A DNA stretch of 61,848 nucleotides, the filler included. It is 4 parts of 4 records of this genome, joined end to end, with 100 filler letters (N's around TTAATTAATTAA, not from the genome) between each part and the next. Parts side by side here need not be neighbours in the genome. Positions count along the whole stretch, not along the records: positions 1 to 14,914 come from SRR20825006_578; positions 15,015 to 23,891 come from SRR20825006_584; 2 more parts are not named here. One strand, given 5' to 3'. Position numbers and translations under genes: made by a program. Positions 10,227 to 20,074 of the stretch are shown here, piece by piece (position 1 is the stretch's first letter; each line of letters opens with the position of its first letter). Under the pieces are notes generated by a model, which made no database searches, had not been told where the DNA came from, and saw nothing but the letters and a program-made list of their open reading frames with translations.

Positions 10227-11201
10227 TTAGGCTTGGAGGCGGTGGACCCGCCCCTCGTCCCAGGCAAGCCGCACGGCATCGCCCGGATTTTTCGGCGTTT
10301 GAAAAAATTGCTCTTCGGGCACGAGGGCCAGGACCTCTTCGCCCGCGTCGGTCATCGAGGTCATCGCCACATGCGCGCCCTGATATTCGACCGAGGTCAC
10401 AGTGGCGAGCAGTCCGGCCTCGCCCAATGTCACCTCATCGGCGCGCAGGGCCACCTTGGCACCATTCAGAGAAATCACATTATGCCCGCCCATGAACCGT
10501 GCCACGAATTCTGTGCGCGGCGTGTTCCACACGCTGCGCGCGGGGCCGGCCTGTTCGATCACCGCATTGTTCATCACCACGATCTCATCGGCCAGCGCCA
10601 GCGCTTCGTCCTGCCCATGGGTGACGTGCAAAAAGGTGATGCCCAATTCGCGTTGAATGCGTTTCAATTCGGCTCGCACTTTGATGCGCAAAAACGGATC
10701 AAGGGCGGAGAGCGGTTCGTCGAGCAACAACACCCGCGGCTTGGTCACCAAAGCCCGCGCCAACGCGACACGTTGCTGTTGTCCGCCCGAAAGCTGCGCC
10801 GGAAGGCGATCGGCAAAGGCGGTCATGTGCACCAGATCCAACATTTCATTGGCGGCCTTATGGCGCTCTGGCTTGTCGATGCCCTTCATCCGCAAAGAGA
10901 AGGCCACGTTGTCACGGACGTTCAAATGCGGGAACAGAGCGTAGTTTTGAAACATCATTGCGGTGCCGCGTTTGGCCGGGGGGAGATGAGAAATATCGAA
11001 CCCGTCCAACAGGATAGACCCGTCAGAGACGCTTTCATGCCCCGCGATCATTCGCAGCGTCGTGGATTTACCGCACCCAGATGGCCCCAAAAGACAGACA
11101 TAGCTGCCATTCTCAAAGACATAATTGATGCGATCAACGGCGACAGTGGTACCATAGCGCTTTGTCAGAGTGACGAGTTCAAGATCTTTGCCAGAGCGCA
11201 T
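10227..11201 (-). CDS. ABC transporter ATP-binding subunit (PotA-like)
   Basis: Walker A GPSGCGKS, LSGGQQQR, LLLDEP, TOBE-like C-terminus. Confidence 0.95.
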   Translation of the reverse strand: MRSGKDLELVTLTKRYGTTVAVDRINYVFENGSYVCLLGPSGCGKSTTLRMIAGHESVSDGSILLDGFDISHLPPAKRGTAMMFQNYALFPHLNVRDNVAFSLRMKGIDKPERHKAANEMLDLVHMTAFADRLPAQLSGGQQQRVALARALVTKPRVLLLDEPLSALDPFLRIKVRAELKRIQRELGITFLHVTHGQDEALALADEIVVMNNAVIEQAGPARSVWNTPRTEFVARFMGGHNVISLNGAKVALRADEVTLGEAGLLATVTSVEYQGAHVAMTSMTDAGEEVLALVPEEQFFQTPKNPGDAVRLAWDEGRVHRLQA

Positions 11202-11353
11202 GTGCTATCCATCCTTTGAGGTCCGAATGGTGTTTACGCTTGTCCGGTTTTTTGCAGGGCAGAAGATTTTTTCGCAGTTACAGTGGGGGCGCACATCAAA
11301 TGCCTATGGATTGGGCGCTCTGTACATAAAGGTGCATTAATTATGCGCCAAAT

Positions 11354-11364
11354 TCGTATACAAT
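11354..11364. promoter_or_regulatory. Putative GntR/FadR-type operator
   Basis: TCGTATACAAT, close to the TTGTATACAA palindrome, in the divergent ABC/GntR intergenic region. Confidence 0.45.
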
Positions 11365-11453
11365 CTTGTGGACGATATAATTCAATCAACGGGCTTGAGA
11401 ATCAGGTCGCACGGCGAAAAGCTCCAAACACAAAGACACGAAGGATATTGGTG

Positions 11454-12140
11454 ATGCAGGTTATGGTGGAGCACAGCGGCGGCGGTAGCGGCAAAGTTGC
11501 GGACAGTCTGGCGACAGCCATTCATGAACACCGTCTGTCGCCGGGGATGAAGCTGAACGAAGACGAGGTGGGCGAGATTTATGGCGTGAGCCGCACCGTG
11601 GTGCGGGCCGCCTTGCAACAGCTTGCCCATGAGCGCCTTGTCGAACTCAAGCGCAATCGCGGTGCCTTTGTCGCTCAGCCTTCAGTGCGCGAGGCGCGCG
11701 AGGTGTTTGAGGCCCGCGCGCTTTTGGAACCGCGCACCGCACGTTCCGCCGCAGAACGGGCCAAAGCGACCGATATAAAGGTCCTGCAAAAGCATATAGA
11801 CGCCGAACATGCCGCATTGCATGCGGGCGACACCGGACGCGCGTTGCATCTTTCGGGGATGTTTCACATCGAAATGGCCCGGATCGCAGATCAAACCACC
11901 ATTGCGGACTTCATCGCCCAGCTTGTGTCGCGCTCCTCGCTGATCATCGCGCTGTATTGGCAACGCCGCACGGCGCTTTGCGAAAGCCACGCCCATGATG
12001 CGTTGATCAAGGCGCTCGGACGCAATGATTCTGACGCGGCCGAGGAATTGATGAAACACCATCTGGTCGATCTGTTGACCTCACTCGATCTGCGCGATCA
12101 GCCCTCTGTCGCGAAATCGTTGAAAGATGCGTTGAAATGA
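11454..12140 (+). CDS. GntR family regulator (FCD domain)
   Basis: wHTH YGVSRTVVRAALQQL...RNRGAFV; AAGGA Shine-Dalgarno upstream. Confidence 0.9.
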   Translation: MQVMVEHSGGGSGKVADSLATAIHEHRLSPGMKLNEDEVGEIYGVSRTVVRAALQQLAHERLVELKRNRGAFVAQPSVREAREVFEARALLEPRTARSAAERAKATDIKVLQKHIDAEHAALHAGDTGRALHLSGMFHIEMARIADQTTIADFIAQLVSRSSLIIALYWQRRTALCESHAHDALIKALGRNDSDAAEELMKHHLVDLLTSLDLRDQPSVAKSLKDALK

Positions 12141-12970
12141 ACCTGCGACCCGCGACCCCAAGAGATCTGGTACAGGTTTTGCAATGGGCCGCCGCAGAAG
12201 GGTGGAACCCCGGACTGGACGACGCATCGGCGTTTTGCGGCGCGGATGGGGACGGGTTTTATGTGGCCGAGGTCGAGGATCAAATCGTCGCGGCGATTTC
12301 TGTGGTCAATCATAATGCGGATTTTGCCTTTCTGGGCCTCTATCTGTGCCAACCTGCATTCAGGGGGCGCGGGATTGGTTATGCGCTTTGGACCGAGGCG
12401 TTGAAACACGCCGGATCGCGCACGGTTGGACTTGATGGGGTGGCCACGCAAGAGGCCAATTATGCCAAATCCGGCTTTGTCAAAACCGGGTCCACGGCGC
12501 GGTTTGAGGGGGAATTTCCTGCGGTGACCTGGGTCGGTCTGCGGCCTGCAGCGCAGGATGATCTTGCCGCGATTGCCACTCTGGATCGGCTGGCCAATGG
12601 CTATATGCGCCCGCGTTTCCTGTCTGGATGGCTTCTGGGAACCGAGACACGGCAGAGCTTTGTTTGCGAGACCGACGGTCAGATCGCCGGCTTTGCCACG
12701 GCGCGTCTGTGCGGCCACGGATGCAAGATCGGACCGGTGATTGCCCCGGATCAGGCAACGGCTTTGGCATTGATGAGCCGTGCGGCGCAGGCCTTGGGGG
12801 CCTCATATGCCATCGTCGATGTTCCTGATCTGCAACAGGACTTTCGGAAGGCACTCATCGCCCAAGGCTTTGAGGTGACGTTTGAGACCGCGCGCATGTA
12901 TCGCGGCACACCACCCAGTCCCCTTGCGGCACAGACGCTGTATGGTATCGCGACGATGGAACTTGGTTGA
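12137..12970 (+). CDS. GNAT N-acetyltransferase (YitH-like)
   Basis: EGWNPG, acetyl-CoA motif FRGRGIG, C-terminal ATMELG. Confidence 0.85.
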   Translation: MNLRPATPRDLVQVLQWAAAEGWNPGLDDASAFCGADGDGFYVAEVEDQIVAAISVVNHNADFAFLGLYLCQPAFRGRGIGYALWTEALKHAGSRTVGLDGVATQEANYAKSGFVKTGSTARFEGEFPAVTWVGLRPAAQDDLAAIATLDRLANGYMRPRFLSGWLLGTETRQSFVCETDGQIAGFATARLCGHGCKIGPVIAPDQATALALMSRAAQALGASYAIVDVPDLQQDFRKALIAQGFEVTFETARMYRGTPPSPLAAQTLYGIATMELG

Positions 12971-13047
12971 AAGTCGGTTTGCAATTGTCTCCCCGCACCT
13001 GCCTCGCTACCCTGTGTCGGGCTGAGGGGCTGGAAGAAGGGGGTGAC

Positions 13048-13734
13048 ATGTTTGATCTGGTGATCTTTGATTGCGACGGCGTGTTGATTGACAGCGAAGT
13101 CATTTCCGCGCGGATGTTGATCTCAGAACTCGAGGGCTATGGCGTGAGCATCGACACCGCCTATGTCGCCCGGCATTTCCTTGGCCGCAGCTATCCCGTG
13201 GTGCTGGATCAAATCCAAAAGGAATTTGGCATTGCCTTGCCCTATGGGTTTGAGGCCGAGTACCGTGCCCGGTTGATGGCGGCGTTTGAGGCGGATTTGA
13301 AAATCATGCCGGGGGTGCGCGAGGTGATTGAACGGCTGCGCGTGCCCTATGCATTGGCGACCAGTTCAAGCCCGCCGCGGCTGGCACAATCTCTGTCAAT
13401 GGTGGGGTTGACCGATCTGTTTGAGGGTCGCACTACGACGTCCAAAGAAGTGTCGCGCGGCAAACCCGCTCCGGATATGTTCCTTTTGACGGCTCAGAAA
13501 AACGGGGCCGCACCCGAGCGCTGTTTGGTGATCGAGGATTCTTTGGCGGGGGTTCAGGCCGGGCTTGCTGCGGGAATGACCGTGTGGCGGTTTGTCGGCG
13601 GAAGTCACCTGATGGGACTGGATCTCGAAGCGTCCGCACCTTCGCAGGCCCATCGTATATTTGCATCCTATGGCGACTTTTTTCATTCTGCCGAAAATCT
13701 TATGAAGGACATGTCCGACCATGATGCAGGCTAA
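13048..13734 (+). CDS. HAD family phosphatase
   Basis: DCDGVLIDSE, GKPAPD, IEDS..G. Confidence 0.9.
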   Translation: MFDLVIFDCDGVLIDSEVISARMLISELEGYGVSIDTAYVARHFLGRSYPVVLDQIQKEFGIALPYGFEAEYRARLMAAFEADLKIMPGVREVIERLRVPYALATSSSPPRLAQSLSMVGLTDLFEGRTTTSKEVSRGKPAPDMFLLTAQKNGAAPERCLVIEDSLAGVQAGLAAGMTVWRFVGGSHLMGLDLEASAPSQAHRIFASYGDFFHSAENLMKDMSDHDAG

Positions 13735-14692
13735 ACCTAAGGGTAACGTCGACGATACAGACATCTCGCCGCGCGATTTGGCGGCGCGTGCGGCGTGGTT
13801 GTCCTTTGTCGGTGGGCTGACCCAAGATCAGATCGCGCAGGAGCTTGGCATTTCGCGGCAAAGGGCGCAGCGGCTTGTGGCGCGGGCTTCCTCGGAGGGG
13901 TTGATCCGGGTGCGGATTGAACATCCGATTGCTGAATGCCTCGAATTGGAGAGGGCCTTGAAGGCGCGGTTTGGTCTGACCTCAGCTTGGGTGTCGCCGG
14001 GGCTTGGGGCGGGCGTTGATCCGCTTCAGGGCCTCGCCCCTTTCGTTGCCCCGGTGCTGGAGCGGCTGTTTTCCTCTGATGAGCCGAAAGTCTTTGCTTT
14101 GGGCACGGGGCGGACGCTCAAAACTGTGGTCGATCAATTGCGCGCGGTCGATGGCTCGCGCCACAAACTTGTGTCTTTGATTGGCAATGTTGCGCCCGAC
14201 AGTTCGGCTTCGTTTTATGAGGTGATCATGCGGTTTGCCGAAAAGATTCAGGCCCGCCATTACCCAATGTCGGTGCCCGTTGCGGCGCGCGATGATGTTG
14301 AACTGAACCTGTATCGCTCTCTGCCACATGTCGCGGCCTCGCGCGAATTGGCGAAATCTGCCGATCTTGCGATCGTCGGGATTGGTCAAATGGGGGATGA
14401 CGCGCCGCTTTATGTGGATGGGTTTCTGACCGCCGATGAACTGACCGCTTTGCGCGCTTCTGGAGGTGTCGGCGAGATCTGCGGTCACATTTTTGACGCC
14501 GAGGGCCGATACCTTGATCACCCCGTCAATGACCGGATGGTGGGGGTGCGTGTGCCCGAAGGAGACATGCCAGTTTATTGCATTGGTGCGGGCGCGAGTA
14601 AGCTTGCGGCGCTCAGTGCTGCGCTGCGAGGCGGATTGATCGACGGATTGTTCACCGATGAGTGGACAGCTAAGGCTCTCATATCTCAATAA
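13721..14692 (+). CDS. SorC/DeoR-type sugar-binding regulator (SmoC-like)
   Basis: HTH TQDQIAQELGISR plus sugar-binding domain (GTGRT, VGIG, TDE); upstream of a polyol SBP. Confidence 0.85.
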   Translation: MMQAKPKGNVDDTDISPRDLAARAAWLSFVGGLTQDQIAQELGISRQRAQRLVARASSEGLIRVRIEHPIAECLELERALKARFGLTSAWVSPGLGAGVDPLQGLAPFVAPVLERLFSSDEPKVFALGTGRTLKTVVDQLRAVDGSRHKLVSLIGNVAPDSSASFYEVIMRFAEKIQARHYPMSVPVAARDDVELNLYRSLPHVAASRELAKSADLAIVGIGQMGDDAPLYVDGFLTADELTALRASGGVGEICGHIFDAEGRYLDHPVNDRMVGVRVPEGDMPVYCIGAGASKLAALSAALRGGLIDGLFTDEWTAKALISQ

Positions 14693-14727
14693 GAAACACC
14701 TTCCAAAGGGCTTTTGTTTAATCGCTC

Positions 14728-14783
14728 TTGACAGAATCCATGTTTATGAGTGAGCATTGGTCCATGAAATGAGCAAATGCTCA
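14728..14783 (+). promoter_or_regulatory. Promoter and tandem operators for the polyol ABC operon
   Basis: TTGACA at 14728-14733; perfect palindrome TGAGCAAATGCTCA at 14770-14783; degenerate copy TGAGCATTGGTCCA at 14751-14764. Confidence 0.6.
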
Positions 14784-14802
14784 GATCGTAAGGGAGGATA
14801 CC

Positions 14803-14914
14803 ATGAATACGACATTCCGCACCCTCATGGGGGCGTGTGCTCTTGCTGCATTGTCAGCGGGCGCTTTTGCCGAGACCATCACCGTCGCCACCGTGAACAA
14901 CGGCGACATGATCC
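14803..14914 (+). CDS. smoE: Sorbitol/mannitol ABC substrate-binding protein, 5' fragment cut by the contig end
   Basis: GGAGG SD; MNTTFRTLMGACALAALSAGAFA-ETITVATVNNGDMI; TVNNGDM is typical of SmoE/MtlE. Confidence 0.75.
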
Positions 14915-15014
14915 NNNNNNNNNNNNNNNNNNNNNNNNNNNNNNNNNNNNNNNNNNNNTTAATTAATTAANNNNNNNNNNNNNNNNNNNNNNNNNNNNNN
15001 NNNNNNNNNNNNNN
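14915..15014. other. Artificial contig-joining spacer
   Basis: N44 + TTAATTAATTAA (stops in all frames) + N44. Confidence 0.99.
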
Positions 15015-15016
15015 CC

Positions 15017-15856
15017 GATGGCCTCGCCGCTGGCAAGGGCGTCACTGTCGCGATGAGTGTCGAAGAGGCGGAATCCGCCATCATCGATTGCTTTGCCGGG
15101 GCCTTCGGGGAATCGGGCGCGTCCGTGGTTATCGAGGAATTCATGGAGGGCGAAGAGGTCAGCCTTTTCGTGCTCACCGATGGCACCGCCATTCTGCCCC
15201 TCACCACCGCGCAGGACCACAAGCGCGCCTTTGATGGCGATACCGGCCCCAATACCGGCGGCATGGGCGCCTATTCGCCGGCCCCCGTGATGAGCCGCGA
15301 AATCTATGACGAGACCATGGCCCGCATCGTCGAGCCGACCGTGCGCGGCATGGCGCAGCGCGGCACGCCTTATGCGGGCGTCCTCTATGCCGGGTTGATG
15401 CTGACCGAGGCCGGACCCAAGCTCGTGGAATACAATGCCCGCTTCGGCGATCCGGAGTGCCAGGTGATGATGATGCGCATGCAGAGCGACATCGTACCCC
15501 TGCTCCACGCGGTCGCCACTGGCACGCTGGCTGGCCACGATGTCGCCTGGAAAGACCAGTTTGCCCTCACCGTCATCATGGCCACCAAGGGCTATCCCGG
15601 CGACTATGGCAAGGGCAGCGAGATCAACGGGGTCGATGGCCTCGACAATAATGCGCTGACCGTGTTCCACGCCGGAACGAAGCGAGATGGCAACCGTTTA
15701 CTCGCCAATGGTGGGCGCGTGCTCAATGTCACCGCGCTCGGGGCATCGGTTAAAGAGGCACGGACAAGTGCTTACAGAGGCGTGGACGCAATTGATTGGC
15801 CAGAAGGCTTCTGCCGACGCGACATCGGCTGGCGCGAAATCGCCCGAGAAGGCTGA
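15017..15856 (+). CDS. purD: Phosphoribosylamine-glycine ligase, 5'-truncated by the contig edge
   Basis: DGLAAGKGV, QDHKRAFDGDTGPNTGGMGAY, EYNARFGDPE, GGRVL. Confidence 0.97.
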   Translation, partial: DGLAAGKGVTVAMSVEEAESAIIDCFAGAFGESGASVVIEEFMEGEEVSLFVLTDGTAILPLTTAQDHKRAFDGDTGPNTGGMGAYSPAPVMSREIYDETMARIVEPTVRGMAQRGTPYAGVLYAGLMLTEAGPKLVEYNARFGDPECQVMMMRMQSDIVPLLHAVATGTLAGHDVAWKDQFALTVIMATKGYPGDYGKGSEINGVDGLDNNALTVFHAGTKRDGNRLLANGGRVLNVTALGASVKEARTSAYRGVDAIDWPEGFCRRDIGWREIAREG

Positions 15857-15998
15857 ACCATTCTTCAATCTTAAGACGCTAAGCTTGATGCGAACCGTCT
15901 TTGACGCGGCCCCGCCGCAACGCCCGCTGACGCCATTGCAACAGCGCGGCTTGGCGTTGGCGGACAGGCTGCGCGTGAAGGGTGCGGAGCGTGGCAGA

Positions 15999-16880
15999 AT
16001 GAACGCGAGCAGCGTACCGAAAATTGGCGTCGCCCTGGGCGGCGGGTCAGCCCGGGGCCTCACCCATATTCCCTATATCGAGGCGATGGATGAACTCGGC
16101 CTCAAGCCCACGGTGATATCCGGGACCTCAATCGGTGCCCTGATCGGCGCGGGCTGGGCTGCGGGCATGAGCGGCCGGGAATTGCGCGAACATTCCTTCG
16201 AGGTGCTGGGCACGCTGCGCACCATCGCCAGCCGGCTCTGGGCGACGCAGATCCGTGGCCTTGGCGGCCTGCTCAAGAACGGCATATCCATGCAGATCGA
16301 GGCCACCAGCGTGGTGGACGCTTTCCTGCCGGACAATTTCCCGCTTGAGTTCAAGGACCTCAAGGTGCCGCTTTATGTCGTGGCCACCGATTTCCAGTCC
16401 TGGCACCAGGTGGTGTTCAATTCAGGCCTGTTGCGCCCCGCCATTTCCGGCTCACTGGCCATTCCGAGCTTTTTCAAGCCGGTGGTCTACAATAACCACC
16501 TGCTCGTTGACGGCGGCGTGGTCAACCCGCTGCCGCTCGACCAGGCCGATATCGGCACCGACTTCCTGATCGGCATCGATGTGGCCGGCGACCCTTCGGC
16601 CAATCTCACCAAGACCGACCACAAGGCCATCGATATCTGGTTCGGCTCGGCCCAGATCATGATGCATTCGCTGACGGCGCACATGATGGCGGCCTATCCG
16701 CCCGACATCTATATCCGCCCCCGCGTCTCTCATATCGGGGCCATGGAATTCTGGCGGGTGCGGGAAATCATCGCCCATGCCGATGCGGAAAAAGACCGCT
16801 TCAAGCGCATGCTGGAGCACAAGATCGAGGCCTATATCCAGAACCGGATCACCCCGATCGACAGCAATCCCAGGGACTGA
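15999..16880 (+). CDS. Patatin-like phospholipase (RssA family)
   Basis: GGGSARG, GTSIG nucleophile, DGG. Confidence 0.9.
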   Translation: MNASSVPKIGVALGGGSARGLTHIPYIEAMDELGLKPTVISGTSIGALIGAGWAAGMSGRELREHSFEVLGTLRTIASRLWATQIRGLGGLLKNGISMQIEATSVVDAFLPDNFPLEFKDLKVPLYVVATDFQSWHQVVFNSGLLRPAISGSLAIPSFFKPVVYNNHLLVDGGVVNPLPLDQADIGTDFLIGIDVAGDPSANLTKTDHKAIDIWFGSAQIMMHSLTAHMMAAYPPDIYIRPRVSHIGAMEFWRVREIIAHADAEKDRFKRMLEHKIEAYIQNRITPIDSNPRD

Positions 16881-16882
16881 CC

Positions 16883-17854
16883 CTATTCGGCGACCTGCAC
16901 CACGACACTGCCCCGCTTGCGCCCCGTATCGGCATGGGCATGGGCGGCCGACATGTCGGTAAAGGCATAGACCTTGTCGATATGCGGCCGGTACTGCCCC
17001 AGCGCCGCCAGGCGGCCGAGTTCGACAATATCCTCGAGCCGCTCATCGGCCGGCCCGGCGATCATCCGTTTCCCCTCCGGTCCCTTGCGCAGGCTGCCCA
17101 GCATTTCCTTCAGCGTCCCGGCAATGGCCAGATAGCGTCCGTCAGGCTTGAGCAGCTTCTGCGCCGTGGCGAAATCCATGGCTTCAACCGTGTCGGCGAT
17201 GATGTCGAAACGCTCGGCCAGCCGGGCCACATCGGAGTTGTGGTAGTCGATCACCGTGTCGGCGCCATGTGCCCAGACCAGGTCCAGATTGGCCGCGCTG
17301 GTCGTGGCGGTAATATGCGCCCCCGCCAGCTTGCCCAATTGCACCATGGCCGAGCCGACAGCGCCCGCCCCCCCGAGCACCAGCATGGACTGCCCTGCCC
17401 GCACCGCGCCCCGCCGCAAATAGGTCAGGGCCGTGGTGCCGCCGAAACAGAGCGCGGCACCGGTCTGCATGTCGACGCCTTCGGGCAGATGGGTGACCGG
17501 CCCGGTTTCCTTGAGCACGACAAACTCGGCATGCGCGCCCATCCTGCCGCCTGGAAAGGCATAGACCGCCTCGCCGGGCGAAAACCGGGTGACGCCCTGC
17601 CCCACGGCCTCGACCACGCCTGAAAGTTCCGTCCCCAGGATCGGTTGGCGCGGCCGGTTCCACCCCAGCGCCAGCCGCCCTAGCGTCTTCATGCCGGGGG
17701 GAAAATCGCAGGCGCGGATGCGGCGGTCTCCCGAATTGACTGTGGTCGCATGCACCTTCACCAGGATTTCTCCGGGCCTGGGAGCAGGTTTGGCGACCTC
17801 TTCGAGGCGCAGCACGTCAGGGCCGCCATAATCGCGGGCAAACCAGGCTTTCAT
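16883..17854 (-). CDS. NAD(P)-dependent MDR/quinone oxidoreductase-like alcohol dehydrogenase
   Basis: MKA...YGGPDVL, GTELSGVV, GGAGAVG, G.K.GSVV. Confidence 0.9.
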   Translation of the reverse strand: MKAWFARDYGGPDVLRLEEVAKPAPRPGEILVKVHATTVNSGDRRIRACDFPPGMKTLGRLALGWNRPRQPILGTELSGVVEAVGQGVTRFSPGEAVYAFPGGRMGAHAEFVVLKETGPVTHLPEGVDMQTGAALCFGGTTALTYLRRGAVRAGQSMLVLGGAGAVGSAMVQLGKLAGAHITATTSAANLDLVWAHGADTVIDYHNSDVARLAERFDIIADTVEAMDFATAQKLLKPDGRYLAIAGTLKEMLGSLRKGPEGKRMIAGPADERLEDIVELGRLAALGQYRPHIDKVYAFTDMSAAHAHADTGRKRGSVVVQVAE

Positions 17855-17874
17855 TGTCTTGCTCCTTGGGACCG

Positions 17875-18108
17875 CTAACGGTCCTGTTTCTCGTCGGCCT
17901 TCCACTGGAAGACCGCGCCAATCTCGACGCCAAAGACCTCGGCAATGCGGAAAGCGGCTTCGAGCGAGGGCGAATATTTGTTCTGTTCGATGGCGGCGAC
18001 GGTCTGCCGGGTCATGCCGATGGCATCGGCAAGTTGCTGCTGGGTCATTTCGCCATGCTCGAAGCGCAGCCGCCGGATGGTGTTGGAAATGGGGGGCGGC
18101 GCCGGCAT
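17875..18108 (-). CDS. XRE-family HTH regulator (77 aa)
   Basis: [36 protein letters not shown]. Confidence 0.92.
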   Translation of the reverse strand: MPAPPPISNTIRRLRFEHGEMTQQQLADAIGMTRQTVAAIEQNKYSPSLEAAFRIAEVFGVEIGAVFQWKADEKQDR

Positions 18109-18572
18109 CAGGCGTATTTCCGGTACTGGATGATGATGATGATCTCGCGCACCACTGCCGCAAAGGCGGTGACGAAAAGGATCAGATTGACCAGCATGAT
18201 CGCCGTCGCGCCCACCGGATCGATCGTGAAATCGGCGCGCGCAATTTCGGTGATCCACTTGCTCGCCAGCACGGTGGCGACCAGCAGGATTTCGAGCAGC
18301 GCCAGTCCATAGCGGTTCGAAATGGCCTCGATCCGCACTTCCATTTCATCAGCCGGGGGGTCGAATGCCTGCCCGCCCAGACGCGCCGCGATCATCGCCG
18401 CCGGCAACATGATGACCACGGCAATCCCGAAGCACCAGAGGAACCGCCAGAACAGCACATCCCCGTCCAGTTGACGGGCGGCAAAGTCGGCCCAGACGCT
18501 CCAGAAATACCAGCCAAAGATCACCAGCGAGGTGGTCACCGCGATCCACGCCACCTTTTCCCGCATCGACAT
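18108..18572 (-). CDS. Hypothetical 4-TM membrane protein coupled to the XRE gene
   Basis: Four hydrophobic segments and a central DE..(R)I motif; stop overlaps the XRE start. Confidence 0.8.
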   Translation of the reverse strand: MSMREKVAWIAVTTSLVIFGWYFWSVWADFAARQLDGDVLFWRFLWCFGIAVVIMLPAAMIAARLGGQAFDPPADEMEVRIEAISNRYGLALLEILLVATVLASKWITEIARADFTIDPVGATAIMLVNLILFVTAFAAVVREIIIIIQYRKYA

Positions 18573-18619
18573 TCATCGTCTCCGTGCCAAACATCCTTGG
18601 CGCTATATCGATCATTTCA

Positions 18620-18651
18620 AACATGATGTCAATGATTTTTGATATCATGTT
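18620..18651. promoter_or_regulatory. Inverted repeat operator overlapping the -35 of the membrane protein-XRE-ADH operon
   Basis: AACATGATGTCAA-N6-TTGATATCATGTT (12/13 arm match); TTGACA on the minus strand at 18627-18632. Confidence 0.65.
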
Positions 18652-18684
18652 ATGTATGACTTCCATAGCGATCTGACGCAAGGC

Positions 18685-19137
18685 CTAGTCCCTGAGCTTC
18701 CTGAAGAAATCCACCAGCATCGCCTCGGCACGACCGGCCGAAAGCCCGCCGATCACCTCCGGCCGATGGTGGCAGGTGGGCTGCTCGAACAGGCGGATGC
18801 CGTTTTCCACCGCACCGGCTTTGGTGTCCTCTGCGGCAAAATAGATCCGGCGCAACCGGGTGTGGGCAATGGCGCCGGCGCACATGGCGCAGGGTTCGAG
18901 CGTGACATAGAGGTCGCAGCCATCCAGCCGTCCGGTGCCGCGCGCCGCCAGTGCTGTTCTGATAGCCAGCATCTCGGCATGGGCGGTCGGGTCGGCCAGC
19001 GCCCGCATGCGATTGCGCTCTGCGGCCAGCACGGTCTCCCCCTCGACGATGACCGCGCCCACCGGTGCCTCGCCGTTAGCGGCAGCCTCCTCGGCCAGGG
19101 CCAGGGCCAATTCCATCGGCGAAGGCGCGCTCGACAT
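18685..19137 (-). CDS. tadA: tRNA adenosine deaminase-like nucleoside deaminase
   Basis: GEAPVGAV, DPTAHAEM, LEPCAMC. Confidence 0.85.
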   Translation of the reverse strand: MSSAPSPMELALALAEEAAANGEAPVGAVIVEGETVLAAERNRMRALADPTAHAEMLAIRTALAARGTGRLDGCDLYVTLEPCAMCAGAIAHTRLRRIYFAAEDTKAGAVENGIRLFEQPTCHHRPEVIGGLSAGRAEAMLVDFFRKLRD

Positions 19138-19148
19138 CTGTATCGTCC

Positions 19149-20003
19149 TCAGTTTCCCTTGCGCCGGCCCGCCGCCAGCGTCGCAACACCAATCCCGCCC
19201 AGAATGACCGTCGAGCTGACCAGCAAGCGCGCGTCGAGCGCCTCGCCGATGAACAGCACGGCGCCGAAGGCCGACAGGGCCGGCACGGAAAGCTGCACGA
19301 TGGCCGCCCGCGTTCGGGTCAGGGCCGGAAGCACCGCATACCACACCGCATAGCCCAGACCAGAGGCGATCGCACCCGAGGCAATGGCATAGGCCAGGCC
19401 GTCCCATCGGGGCGCATTGTCCCAAAGACCGATCACAAGCAACAGCATGGCCACAGGCGCGCAGCGCAGAAAATTGCCCGCCGTATCCTCGAGCGGCCGC
19501 CCCGACCCGCGCCCGAGCAGGGAATAGGCGGCCCAGCAGAGGCCCGCCAGCACCATGAGCAAGGACCCAAAGGGGTCCGGCGCGGTGAGCCCGGGCGAAA
19601 CCAGATAGGCGAAGGCGCCCAGCGCCAGCAGCAGGCCAAGCCATTCGAGCAGACCGGGCCGGTCCCCCGCCGCAATGGCGCGCGCCACCATGCCGACCTG
19701 CACGCTGGCGAACAGGATCAAGGCGCCGGTCGCCGCACCCAGCCATCCATAGGCCAGCGAAAATCCCAGCGCATAGCCCAGCAAGGCCCCGGCTTGCCGC
19801 CAATTGCCTGCAGGGGCAAAGGCCGCCCCGCTCTTGCGCCCGCGCCACCAGGCCAGCAGAAACAGGATGGCCGCTCCGGCCAGCAGCCGGATGCCGGTAT
19901 AGCTCAGTGCATCCATGGCGCCATCGGCCAAGGCCAGCCGGGCCAGCACCGAATTGGCGGCAAAGGCCATCATGGCCAGCGCTGTAAGCAGGACAATGCG
20001 CAT
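19149..20003 (-). CDS. DMT/EamA family transporter
   Basis: Multi-pass hydrophobic protein; AFAANS, GLGYAVWY, QLSVP. Confidence 0.88.
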   Translation of the reverse strand: MRIVLLTALAMMAFAANSVLARLALADGAMDALSYTGIRLLAGAAILFLLAWWRGRKSGAAFAPAGNWRQAGALLGYALGFSLAYGWLGAATGALILFASVQVGMVARAIAAGDRPGLLEWLGLLLALGAFAYLVSPGLTAPDPFGSLLMVLAGLCWAAYSLLGRGSGRPLEDTAGNFLRCAPVAMLLLVIGLWDNAPRWDGLAYAIASGAIASGLGYAVWYAVLPALTRTRAAIVQLSVPALSAFGAVLFIGEALDARLLVSSTVILGGIGVATLAAGRRKGN

Positions 20004-20074
20004 CTGCCACCCCCTGGCGCCACCATAAGCATCCCCTGAATGCCTGTCTTGAAGATTTGCTGTGGTGCGCCTGC

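Noticed and set aside
14959-14970. TTAATTAATTAA repeated three times in the window
   Set aside because: Sits inside N runs; assembly linker, not a biological repeat
16883-18163. 426-aa ORF suggesting an extended dehydrogenase
   Set aside because: The extension overlaps the XRE gene out of frame; the real start is 17854 with a GGAG SD
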